Assembly (NCBI GenBank): GCA_963748075.1
Contig: CAVVHQ010000044.1
Location: 14,631-78,630 of the forward strand
From: an uncultured Solirubrobacterales bacterium
GTDB taxonomy: Bacteria; Actinomycetota; Thermoleophilia; Solirubrobacterales; 70-9
Reading direction: 5' to 3'
Length of the DNA: 64,000 nt
The position numbers were made by a program, and so were the translations under genes. The notes under the pieces are model-generated. The model had not been told where the DNA came from. It searched no databases and saw only the letters and a program-made list of their open reading frames with translations. Shown here one piece after another: positions 1 through 8,982 of the stretch (positions within the stretch are counted from its first letter, which is position 1; every line of letters begins with the position of its first letter).

Positions 1-1
1 G

Positions 2-190
2 CTCGACGAGGCGCGGCGGCGAGCCGGCGAGATCGTCAATCGGATGCGGCGCGGCGAGATCCGCCGCGACCCGGGCCCCCGCCGCGGCCTGCGCGGCCAC
101 GGCGTCTGCCCGCCGTTCTGCGACTTCGCGCCGATCTGCCGCCGCGACCGGGCGCCGGCCGAGCCGCGCGAGGAAGAGGGCGAGGACTGA
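2..190 (+). CDS. C-terminal end of a RecB/AddB-type helicase-nuclease subunit (5' end cut by the window edge)
   Basis: The frame is open from the window edge to TGA at 188-190. It ends ...GHGVCPPFCDFAPICRRD, a cysteine triad like the Fe-S staple of AddB/Cas4-type PD-(D/E)XK nucleases. The stop overlaps the ATG of the next helicase gene (TGATG), suggesting translational coupling. Confidence 0.5.
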   Translation, partial: LDEARRRAGEIVNRMRRGEIRRDPGPRRGLRGHGVCPPFCDFAPICRRDRAPAEPREEEGED

Positions 191-3100
191 TGGCGGGCCG
201 CACGCCGACCCCCGAGCAGGCGGCGGCGATCGCCGCCGATCAGCGCCGGGTGCTGGTCGAGGCCGGGGCCGGGACCGGCAAGACCGGGACGATGGTCGAC
301 CGCTACTGCCGCCTGGTCTGCGAGGAGGGCGTCTCGCCGGACGCGGTGCTCGCCTTCACCTTCACCGACCGGGCGGCCGCCGAGCTGCGCGAGCGGATCC
401 GCGCCGCGCTGGAGCTGCGCGCCGAGGACGGCTCGGAGCGGGCGCGCGAGCTGCTGGCCGGGATCGGCGCCGCCTGGGTGACGACGATCCACGGCTTCTG
501 CAACCGCCTGCTCGCCGGCCACCCGGTGGCGGCCGGGGTCGACCCCGGCTTCCGGGTGCTGGACGCCCCGGAGGCGACGCGGCTCGCCGACGAGGCCTTC
601 GAGGGGGCGATGGAGGACCTCCTCGCGGCGGGAGACGAGTCGCGGGAGCGAACCGTGGCGGCCTTCGGGATCGGCGGCCTGCGGGCGATGGTCGGCGGCG
701 TCCACGCCGAGCTGCGCAGCCGTGGGACCGCCTCGCCGCGGCTGCCCGAGCCGCCCGAGCCGGACGTCGAGGCGGCGCTGCGCGACGCCGCGGCGGCGGC
801 CGCCGGGGCGCTGGCGGAGCTGAAGCCGGCCAACTCGAACCGCGAGCTGCTCGGACGGGCGATCGAGGTGTTGGAGGGAGACCGCGTCCCCGGCCTCGAC
901 CGCCTGGGGGAGCTGCGGACGAGGAGCACTGCCGGGGCGATGGCCGGATACCGGGAGGCGATCGAGGCGGCGACCGCGCGCGTCGCCGAGGCGGGCGAGG
1001 GTGGCGAGGCCTACCGTCACGTCGCCGAGCTTCTCGAGCTGTTCTCGGCCCGCTTCGCGGCGGCGAAGGTGCGGCGGGCCGGCCTCGACTTCGAGGACCT
1101 CCAGCTGCTCGCCGCCCGGCTGCTGGAGGGGACCGAGGTCGGCGCCGCCTACCAGGCGCGCTTCAGCCACCTGCTGGTCGACGAGTTCCAGGACACCAAC
1201 CGGCTGCAGCTGCGGCTGGTCGAGGCGCTGCGCGGGCCGGATTGCCGCCTGATGGTCGTCGGCGACGAGCTGCAGTCGATCTACGGCTTCCGCCACGCCG
1301 ACCTCGACGTCTTCCGCGAGCAGCGCGCCGCGATCGAGACCGACCCGGGCTCGGGCGCGCTGGCGCTGAGCGGCAACTTCCGCTCCCGCCCCGAGCTGAT
1401 CGGCGCGGTCAACGCGATCGGCGAGCGGCTGCTCGGCGAGACATACCGGCCGCTGCGGGTCGGCGCCCTGCCGGAAAGCAACGGCCCGGCGGGCGAGGGG
1501 CCCGCGGTCGAGCTGCTGCTCACCGGCCGCGAGGGCTGGGACGCGGAGGGGATCGAGCTGCAGCCGGCGGTCGACGCCCGCACCTCGCCCGCCGCCCTGG
1601 CCGAGGCGCGCTTCCTGGCGGCGCGGCTGCGCGAGCTGGCCGACGCGGGGGTGGAGCGCGGGGCGATGGTCGTGCTGCTGCGCGCCTTCCGCAATCTCGA
1701 CGCCTACGAGGACTCGCTGGAGCGGGCCGGGCTGCGGCCCTACGTGGTCGGCGGGCGCGGCTACTGGTCCCAGCAGCAGGTCGCCGACGTCGGCGCGCTG
1801 CTGGCGACGATCGCCAACCCGCTCGACGACCAGGCGCTGTTCGGGGCGCTCGCCTCCCCCGCCTGCGGGGTGACGCCGGATACGCTCTGGCTGCTCCGCG
1901 CCGCCGCCGGCCGGCGCCGCCACGTCTGGCCCGCGGTCGAGCGGCTCGCCGGGCGGGAGGAGGCGGAGCTGGAGGACCCGGGGCGGCTGGAGGCGATCCC
2001 CACCGCAGAGCAAGAGCTGCTGCGCCGCTTCGCGGCGACGATCGCCGCCCTGCGCCGGCGCGCCCCCCGGCTTCCCCTCGCCGAGCTGATCGACGCGACG
2101 GTGGCCGAGACCGGCTACGACCTGGCGGTGCTGATGCGCCCCTCCGGCGAGGCCCGCTTCGCCAACGTGCGCAAGCTGATGCGGCTGGCGGCCGAGTTCG
2201 AGTCGCGCGAGGGCCGCGACCTGCGCGGCCTGCTCGACTTCCTCGCCGCCCGCTCCGAGGCCGACGCCGAGGCCGAGGCCGCCACCGCGCTGGAGGGCCA
2301 CGACGGGGTGCGGATCATGACCGTGCACAGCGCCAAGGGACTCGAGTTCGACGTGGTCGCCGTCCCCGACCTGGCCCGCAGCCTGCTCGCAGGTTCGGCG
2401 AACGCCGCTGCTGACGGTCGGCCGCGAGGCGGAGGACGCCGCGGGTGGGGATGCGCCTGCGCCGCCTCGGCGCCGCCCCGGTCGACCTCTACTCCTACGG
2501 CGAGCTGCGCGAGGAGGGGCGGCGGCGGGACGCCGGGGAGGAGCTGCGACTGTTCCACGTCGCGGCGACGCGGGCGCGGCGGCGGCTGCTGCTGAGCGGC
2601 GTCGTCAAGCCCGAGCCGGAGCGCGAGGCGAGCCCGCGGACGTCGGTGGTCGAGCGGATCGCCGCGGCGCTCGGGGTCGATCGCGAGCGCGACTCCACCG
2701 TCTCGGTGCCGGCGCCGCAGCCGCGCGCCGGCCTGGAGGCGAGCTTCGAGCCCCCGGAGATCGCCGTCCGCGTCAACCTCGCCTCGCCCGAGCGGGCGGC
2801 CGAGCTGTGCGCGCGGCGGGCCGAGCAGGGCGTCGCGCCGCACCTCGGCGAAGGCCCGGCGCCGCTGGTCGAGCGGCAGCCGCCGGCCGTCCCCAACCGC
2901 CCCCTCTCCTATACCGCGATCGGCGCCTACGAGGACTGCGCCTACCGCTTCTACACGGAGCGCGTCCTGGACCTGGGCGACCGCGGTAGAGGTTTGAGTC
3001 GCATACCGGCTCAAACCTCTACCGCGCCGGCCGCCGGGGACAATGGCGTAACGGCCGACAACCGCGCCGATGCGGCGGCGCGGGGGGCGGCGGTCCACTC

Positions 3101-3719
3101 GCTGCTCGAGTGGAGCCAGGCGAACGGATGGGCGGAGCCGGACGGGGAACTGATCCGCCGCCATGCCCTCGCCGCCGGCCTCGAGCTCGGCGACGCAGGA
3201 GCGGTCGAGGGCCTGCTCAACCCGGTCCGCGCCTGGCTGGACTCGGCGCTGTTGCGCGACCGGGTCCGCGCCGCAGGTGTCTCGACGCGGGCCGAGGTCC
3301 CGTTACTGCTCGACGTCTCGGGCACCGTCCTGCGCGGCTCGATCGACCTGCTGGTCGAGCGCGACGGTGAGCCGCCGCTGGTAGTCGACTACAAGACCGA
3401 CCGCCTCGACGGCGCCTCCCCGCAGGAGCGCGCCGCCCGCTACGAGACGCAGCGCGACGTCTACGCGCTGGCCGTCGCCGGGGCGCGCGGCGCGGCCGCG
3501 GTCGAGGTCGCCTACGTCTTCCTCGAGCGACCCGAGGAGCCCGATCTCAGCCGACTCGGCCGGGCCGAGATGGAGGCGGGACGGCGACAGCTTGCAGCGA
3601 CGATCGCGCGGATCTCCGGCGGCGAGTTCCCACCTGCCCCGCCCGAGCAGCGCGGCTGGGCGCTCTGCGAGGGCTGCCCGGCCCTCGGCCGCCTCTGCTC
3701 GGGGCCCGAGGGCGTCTGA
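190..3719 (+). pseudogene. UvrD/AddA-like ATP-dependent helicase with a C-terminal Cas4/AddB-type nuclease domain; reading frame broken near 2395-2445
   Basis: ORF 190-2595 has Walker A (AGAGTGKTG), DEFQD and VHSAKGLEFDVV helicase motifs, then turns into Arg/Gly junk after about 2395. ORF 2445-3719, in another frame, continues with helicase motif VI (LFHVAATRARRRLLLSG). It then has a PD-(D/E)XK domain (DLLVE..VVDYKTD) and the cysteine triad CEGCPALGRLC. The third frame reads RTPLLTVGREAEDAAGG over 2399-2443. Confidence 0.7.
2982..3026. repeat. Perfect 45-bp palindrome (17-bp arms, 11-nt loop) lying in-frame inside the addA-like CDS
   Basis: CGCGGTAGAGGTTTGAG (2982-2998) is the exact reverse complement of CTCAAACCTCTACCGCG (3010-3026). 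The palindrome is exactly 15 codons starting on a codon boundary (RGRGLSRIPAQTSTA). It is full of codons rare for this GC content (aga, ttg, agt, ata, caa, tct). Confidence 0.9.
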
Positions 3720-3811
3720 CCGGCGCATCTCGGCGTCCTCGGTCGCTCACGTAAAGAGCACGCTTCGCTCCCTGCGTCCTTGACCTTCTCGGTTCTCGGT
3801 CAGACGCCCTC
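3708..3811. repeat. Family-C palindromic intergenic element, copy 1
   Basis: TIRs are GAGGGCGTCTGACCG (3708-3722) and CGGTCAGACGCCCTC (3797-3811). The interior blocks CCGGCGCATCTCGGCGTCCTCGGTCGC ... GCTCCCTGCGTCCTTGA are shared with the copies at 5402, 36631, 40497 and 61705. Both TIRs contain the stop codons of the convergent flanking genes. Confidence 0.8.
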
Positions 3812-4033
3812 AGGCGGAGCTTGCTCGAGCTTCGCCGCCAGCTCGTCGAGCCGCAGCTCCTGGAGGCCGGCGCTGACCGCGTCCAGCTCCGCCGCGCAGT
3901 AGGTGACCAGCTCGCGACCCTCGCTGCACAGCTCGAGCGTCTCGCGCAGGCCCGCCTGGCCCGAATCGAGCCGGTCGATGATCTCCTCCAGCCGCTCGAC
4001 CGCGGCCTCGTAGGACTCAGGCTGCTCGCTCAT
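3800..4033 (-). CDS. xseB: Exodeoxyribonuclease VII small subunit
   Basis: 77-aa ORF MSEQPESYEAAVERLEEIIDRLDSGQAGLRETLELCSEG..., typical of the XseB helical hairpin. It overlaps xseA upstream by 4 nt. Confidence 0.85.
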   Translation of the reverse strand: MSEQPESYEAAVERLEEIIDRLDSGQAGLRETLELCSEGRELVTYCAAELDAVSAGLQELRLDELAAKLEQAPPEGV

Positions 4034-5382
4034 TCGCGCTCCCCGTCGGGTTCGATCTCCGCGCCGACCCGGCCGTCGGCGAAGCGCAGTCTGACGCGTC
4101 CGGCGGCGACCGCGGCGGCGGCGCTGGTCACCGGCTCGCCGTCGGCGTCCTCGGCCAGCGCGTAGCCACGTTCCAGGGTGCGCTCGGGGTCGTGAGCGCG
4201 CAGCGCGACGGAAGCGCGGCGCAGGGCGTCGCGCCGGGCACGCAGCGCGGCGCCGGAGGCGCGGTCGATCGTGGTCGAGCGCCGGCGGTTCGCGGTGGCC
4301 TCGGAAGCGGCGCCCTGAACGCCCCGGCGCCTAACCCGGTCGAGGACGACCAGCGCGATGCGGCGCTGGAAGGAGAGCTGCTCGCCAACCCGGCGCTCGG
4401 AGGCGGCGCGCATCTCCCGCGTCCTCTGGTTGAGCACAACGCGCTCGCGCCGCAGCGCCCGCGCCGGGCCCCGCGCCAGGGCGACGAGGTGGCGACTGCG
4501 GACGCCGATCGCGCCCTCCCCGGCCCGCCGCAGCGAGCCGGCGCAGCGCTCCAGCCCGCGCCGCGCCTCGACGCAGTCGAGCGGCACGGCCGCCTCGGCG
4601 GCGTGGGTCGGGGTCGAGCAGGCGACGGCGGCGACGTCGTCGATCAAGGTCGAGTCGCGCTCGTGGCCGACCGCGCTGACCACCGGGACGCGCAGCATCG
4701 CCACGGTGCGGCAGAGGGTCTCGTCGCAGAAGGCCCAGAGGTCGGCGAGGCTGCCGCCGCCCCTGGTGACGACGATCGCCTCGACCTCGGGTCGCGCCGC
4801 CAGGTCCTGGATCGCCGCCGCGATCGCCGGCGCCGCGCGACGGTCCTGCACCGGGGCGAACGCCCAGACGACGCTCCCCGCCCAGCCGCGGCGCCGCAGC
4901 CCGGCGAGCAGGTCGCGCCGCGCCGCCCCCGACTCCGCGGTGACCACGCCGATCGCCCTCGGCAGCAGCGACCGCGGCAGCTGCTTTTGCAGCTCGAACA
5001 GGCCCTCGGCGCGAAGCTGCTTGCGCAGCGCCTCCAGCCGGGCCAGCAGGTCGCCCTCGCCGGCGAGGCGGAGATGGGTGACTCGGAATGAGAAGGCCGG
5101 AGAGGACGTCGCGCTGCCGATGAAGTAGTCCGGCCCACCCGCCGCGACGAATTCGGCTCCGTCCCGCAGCGCGCCGTCCGGGAGCTCGAGGGCGGCCAAT
5201 TCGTCGGCCCAGATCGTGCATGGAACCGCGCCCTCGGCATCGCGTAACTCGAAATAGGTCTGCTTCTGGGTATGCCGCAGGCCGGTGACCTCACCGATCA
5301 GCTGGACCCGCGCCCGCTTGCGCAGCTCGTCGCGAAGGGTCTTCGCATAGCGACCAACCGCAAATGGACCGGGTAGTTCCAC
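4030..5382 (-). CDS. xseA: Exodeoxyribonuclease VII large subunit
   Basis: 450 aa with a GTG start. It has an N-terminal OB-fold region (VQLIGEVTGLRHTQKQTYFELRD) and a central catalytic region (VVTRGGGSLADLWAFCDE). Confidence 0.85.
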   Translation of the reverse strand: MELPGPFAVGRYAKTLRDELRKRARVQLIGEVTGLRHTQKQTYFELRDAEGAVPCTIWADELAALELPDGALRDGAEFVAAGGPDYFIGSATSSPAFSFRVTHLRLAGEGDLLARLEALRKQLRAEGLFELQKQLPRSLLPRAIGVVTAESGAARRDLLAGLRRRGWAGSVVWAFAPVQDRRAAPAIAAAIQDLAARPEVEAIVVTRGGGSLADLWAFCDETLCRTVAMLRVPVVSAVGHERDSTLIDDVAAVACSTPTHAAEAAVPLDCVEARRGLERCAGSLRRAGEGAIGVRSRHLVALARGPARALRRERVVLNQRTREMRAASERRVGEQLSFQRRIALVVLDRVRRRGVQGAASEATANRRRSTTIDRASGAALRARRDALRRASVALRAHDPERTLERGYALAEDADGEPVTSAAAAVAAGRVRLRFADGRVGAEIEPDGERE

Positions 5383-5401
5383 AAGCTCAGGCTATCCGTG
5401 T

Positions 5402-5509
5402 CCGATGACCCGCAAGGCCCAAGCAGATCAAGGATGCAGGGAGCGCCGCGTGCTCTGCACGCAAGCGACCGAAGACGCAGATATGCGCCGGGCATCGCGG
5501 GTCATCCGG
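5402..5509. repeat. Family-C palindromic intergenic element, copy 2
   Basis: TIRs are CCGATGACCCGCAAGGCCC (5402-5420) and GGGCATCGCGGGTCATCCGG (5490-5509). The core GCAGGGAGCG-GCGTGCTCTGCACGC-AAGCGACCGAAGACGCAGATATGCGCCGG is almost identical to the copy at 36631. The hxlR stop (5502-5504) lies in the right TIR. Confidence 0.8.
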
Positions 5510-5840
5510 CGCGCTTCCATTCGCGCGCCCAGGACCTGAGCTCGACGATCGCGGGACGGAGCCCGGTCCCGACCACGGTGAGCGAGTATGTGACCCGGAC
5601 CGGCGAGCCCGCTTCGACCTCGCGCTCGACCAGGCCCTCGTCCTCCAGCTCGCGCAGCCGCTGCGAGAGCAGCCTGTCCGACATCCCCGGCACGGCCTTG
5701 GCCAGCTCGCCGAAGCGCAGCGGACCCTCGGTCAGGGCGCAGACGATCGCCCCGGTCCAGCGCTTGCCGATCAACTCGATCGCGGCGTGGAAGTGGGGGC
5801 AGACGCCCGTCGGATGCTCTGTCGTCGACATCGCCTCCAC
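5502..5840 (-). CDS. HxlR-family winged-helix transcriptional regulator
   Basis: 112 aa with CPHFHAAIELIGKRWTGAIVCAL..FGEL..GMSDRLLSQRLRELEDEGLVER. An alternative ATG start lies at 5831. Confidence 0.8.
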   Translation of the reverse strand: MEAMSTTEHPTGVCPHFHAAIELIGKRWTGAIVCALTEGPLRFGELAKAVPGMSDRLLSQRLRELEDEGLVEREVEAGSPVRVTYSLTVVGTGLRPAIVELRSWAREWKRAG

Positions 5841-5853
5841 GGTCGATCCTGAG

Positions 5854-5868
5854 CTTACTAAACGTAAG
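5854..5868. promoter_or_regulatory. Candidate HxlR operator (inverted repeat CTTAC-TAAAC-GTAAG)
   Basis: This AT-rich dyad is the only one in the 65-nt divergent spacer between hxlR (-) and the MarP-like gene (+). Confidence 0.35.
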
Positions 5869-5905
5869 CGATGGGCCCGCCAGCCTGGCCTGCTTCTATT
5901 CGCCC

Positions 5906-7048
5906 GTGACCGTTCTCGACTGGGCGATCGTCGCCTTCACGCTCGCGCTGGCCCTCTGGGGCTACCGGCAGGGGTTGATAGTCGGCGTCCTCACCCTGCT
6001 CGGCTTCGGCGCCGGGGCGCTGGCCGGCGGCCGGGTCGGGCCGCTGCTGCTCAACGAAGGGTCCGAGTCCCCCTACGCGCCGCTGTTCGCGGCGCTCGGC
6101 GCGCTGCTGATCGGAGCGCTGGCGGCGGTGACCTTCGAGAGCCTGGCGCTGGGGCTGCGGGCGCGGCTGATCCGCGGTCGGGCGCTGCGCTTCGTCGACG
6201 GCGCCGCCGGCGCGGCGCTGATCGCAGCCGTCTCGCTCGGCCTGGCCTGGGTGCTGGGCGCCGTCGCCCTGCACGCGCCGGGCACCGCCCAGCTGCGAGT
6301 CGACGTGCAGCGCTCGCTGATCCTGCGCGGGCTCAACGACGCGCTGCCGCCGTCCGGGCCGATCCTCAACGCGCTCGACCGGGTCGACCCGGCGCCGTCG
6401 ATCGCCGGTCCGACGACGCCCGTCGCCCCGCCGAACGCGGCGATTGCCTCCGACCCCGACGTGCAGCGGGCGGGTCGCTCCGTGGTCAGGGTGCTGGGCA
6501 CCGCCTGCGGCCTCGGCGTCGAGGGCTCGGGCTGGGTCGCCGCCCCGGGAACCGTGGTCACCAACGCACACGTCATCGCCGGCGAGAACGACACCACCGT
6601 CACCACCCAGGACGGCGCCTCGCTGGAAGCGACGCCGGTCCACTACGACCCCGTCAACGACCTGGCACTGCTCCGCGTCGACTCCCGGCTCGCCGCCCTT
6701 CCGATCGCCCCCGACCCGCGGCGCGGCGCGAGCGGCGCCGTGCTCGGCTACCCCGAGAACGGCCCTTACGCGGTCGCCCCGGCCCGCATGGGCGAGATCC
6801 GCTCGGCAGTCAGCGAGGACTCCTACGGCGCCGGCCCGATCCGTCGCACGATCGCCTCCTTGCGCGGCACGGTCCGCAGCGGCGACTCCGGCGGCCCCCT
6901 GGTCGATTCCCGGGGCCGCGTCATGGGCACCGTCTTCGCCGCAACCACCTCCGGCCCGCCCGGCGGCTTCGCCGTCCCCAACGAAGTCATCCGCTCAGCC
7001 CTAACCGAAACGACGGCGCCCGTAGACACCGGCCCCTGCACGGGCTAG
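5906..7048 (+). CDS. CvpA-domain membrane-anchored trypsin-like serine protease (MarP-like)
   Basis: 380 aa with four N-terminal TM helices followed by an S1 domain. The catalytic triad context is TNAHV / DLALL / GDSGGP. Confidence 0.8.
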   Translation: MTVLDWAIVAFTLALALWGYRQGLIVGVLTLLGFGAGALAGGRVGPLLLNEGSESPYAPLFAALGALLIGALAAVTFESLALGLRARLIRGRALRFVDGAAGAALIAAVSLGLAWVLGAVALHAPGTAQLRVDVQRSLILRGLNDALPPSGPILNALDRVDPAPSIAGPTTPVAPPNAAIASDPDVQRAGRSVVRVLGTACGLGVEGSGWVAAPGTVVTNAHVIAGENDTTVTTQDGASLEATPVHYDPVNDLALLRVDSRLAALPIAPDPRRGASGAVLGYPENGPYAVAPARMGEIRSAVSEDSYGAGPIRRTIASLRGTVRSGDSGGPLVDSRGRVMGTVFAATTSGPPGGFAVPNEVIRSALTETTAPVDTGPCTG

Positions 7049-7081
7049 CGAGGTGGAGGACTCCAAGCAACTCTTGACGGA

Positions 7082-7228
7082 GAGGGTAGGGCACCGCTCC
7101 CCGCGGCTTGTACTTTTTCCGCGGCGCGCTCCGCGGACAGCCGCAAACTGTCTTCGGAAAAAGTTGAGCGGGGAGCGGTGCCCCGCCCTCTTCCCACACC
7201 AAAAGTTGAGCGGGGAGTAGTACCCGAC
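7082..7228 (+). repeat. Family-A long-hairpin repeat (about 109-nt hairpin plus a partial tandem duplicate)
   Basis: GGGCACCGCTCCCCGC (7089-7104) pairs perfectly with GCGGGGAGCGGTGCCC (7168-7183). An inner stem is ACTTTTTCCG / CGGAAAAAGT. AAAGTTGAGCGGGGAG is repeated at 7159 and 7201. The element is homologous, in reverse complement, to 45781-45871 plus 46055-46084. Confidence 0.8.
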
Positions 7229-7254
7229 ACCCGCCCCCACTAAGTTTCCGGGCA

Positions 7255-8976
7255 GTGAACCCCCTGCAGCGGCGCCGCCGTCTCGTCACCCGTGCGCTTC
7301 CCCTCGCGATCGTCGCGATAGTCGCCTTCGCGCTCGGCGCCTCGGCCGGGGCGCCGGGCTCGCCGGAGAAGGAAGCGGCCGGGCGCTTCGCCGAAGCCTG
7401 GGCCCACGGAAATCTGACCGCGATGTACGGGGAGCTGAACGCCGCCTCGCGCCGCTCGGTCAGCAAGAAGGAATTCATCGCCAAGTACCGCGAAGCAGCG
7501 GAGGTGGCGACGCTGCGAGAGCTCTCCGCCGGCTCGCCGGACGACGCGGTCGAGGCGGGCGGGCGCAATCTGGTGCCGGTTCCGATCGATGCCGACACGG
7601 TCGCCTTCGGCAGGGTGATCGCCGATCTCGAGCTGCCCTACGCGGACGGAGGCATCGCCTGGGACCCGAGCCTCGTCTTCCCGGGCCTCGAACGGGGCGA
7701 GCACCTCGAGAACCGGGTCGACCTCGCCCCGCGGGCGCCGATCCTCGCCAGGGACGGCACGTCGCTGGCCGCAGGCCCCGCCGACGCCCGCGAACACCCG
7801 CTGGGCAGCGCCGCGATCGACGTGACCGGCGAAATCGGCACGGCGAGCGAAGGAGAAGAGACGGCGCTCGCCCGCCGCGGCTTCCCGCCGCAAACGCCAG
7901 TCGGGATCAGCGGCATCGAGCAGGCGTTCAACGCGAGGCTGGCGGGCAGGCCCGGCGGCTCGCTCCTCGCGGTGGCCGACAAGGGCGGCTCGGCGCGGAT
8001 CATCTCCCAGTCGGAACCGCGAGCCGGCGCCCCGGTGAAGACGACGATCGACCCCGACCTCCAGCAGGTCGCGGTCTCCGGCCTGGCCGGGCGGGCCGGC
8101 GGCGTCGCGGTGCTCGACGCCCGCAACGGCGACGTCCGGGCGCTCGCCGGGCAGGCATTCTCGGCGCCGCAGCCGCCCGGCTCGACCTTCAAGATGGTCA
8201 CCACGACCGCCGCTCTGCAGACGGGCGTCGTCTCGCTCGACGACGAATTCGAACTCACCGACGGAGTCAACGTCGGCGGCCGCTTCATCAGCAACGCCAA
8301 CGGCGAGGTCTGCGGCGGCACCTTCCGCGAAGCGTTTGCCGAGTCGTGCAACGCCGACTTCGCCCCGCTCGGGCCGAAGATCGGCAACGACGACCTGGTC
8401 GCGACCGCCGAACGGTTCGGGTTCAACTCGCCGCCGAAGATCTACGCGTCGGGGATCGTCGAAGCGGTCGACCCGCCCGAGTCGTCGATCCCGACCGAGA
8501 TCGGCGACGAACTCGACCTCGGCGTCAGCGCGATCGGCCAGGGTGAAGTGCTCGCCACGCCCTTGCAGATGGCGATCGTCGCGCAGACGATCAGCAACAA
8601 CGGGGTCCGCGAGCCGACCTCGCTCGTCGCCAACCCCAAGCTGCGGCCCGAGGCGAAGCCGGTGCGGGTGATGTCGAAGAAGATCGCCTCCGAGCTGACC
8701 GAACTGATGGTCGGCGTGGTCACCGGCGGCACCGGCTACGCGGCCGCGATCCCCCAGGCCCAGGTGGCCGGCAAGACCGGCACCGCCGAGCTGGGGCCCA
8801 AGCCGGGCGGCGAAGGCGAAGAAGAACCGGAACAGATCAAGGACGCCTGGTTCGCCGCCTTCGCCCCGGCCGAGAACGCCCGGCTCGCGGTCGGCGTGCT
8901 GCTGATCGAAGCCGAAGCCGCCGGCGGCGAAGTCGCCGCCCCGGTCGCCGGCCAGCTGCTGTCGGCCGGTATCTAA
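7255..8976 (+). CDS. Class B penicillin-binding protein (transpeptidase) with a MecA_N/NTF2-like N-terminal domain
   Basis: 573 aa with a GTG start and an N-terminal TM anchor. Transpeptidase motifs STFK, SNAN and KTGTAE are present. Confidence 0.8.
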   Translation: MNPLQRRRRLVTRALPLAIVAIVAFALGASAGAPGSPEKEAAGRFAEAWAHGNLTAMYGELNAASRRSVSKKEFIAKYREAAEVATLRELSAGSPDDAVEAGGRNLVPVPIDADTVAFGRVIADLELPYADGGIAWDPSLVFPGLERGEHLENRVDLAPRAPILARDGTSLAAGPADAREHPLGSAAIDVTGEIGTASEGEETALARRGFPPQTPVGISGIEQAFNARLAGRPGGSLLAVADKGGSARIISQSEPRAGAPVKTTIDPDLQQVAVSGLAGRAGGVAVLDARNGDVRALAGQAFSAPQPPGSTFKMVTTTAALQTGVVSLDDEFELTDGVNVGGRFISNANGEVCGGTFREAFAESCNADFAPLGPKIGNDDLVATAERFGFNSPPKIYASGIVEAVDPPESSIPTEIGDELDLGVSAIGQGEVLATPLQMAIVAQTISNNGVREPTSLVANPKLRPEAKPVRVMSKKIASELTELMVGVVTGGTGYAAAIPQAQVAGKTGTAELGPKPGGEGEEEPEQIKDAWFAAFAPAENARLAVGVLLIEAEAAGGEVAAPVAGQLLSAGI

Positions 8977-8982
8977 CGACTA

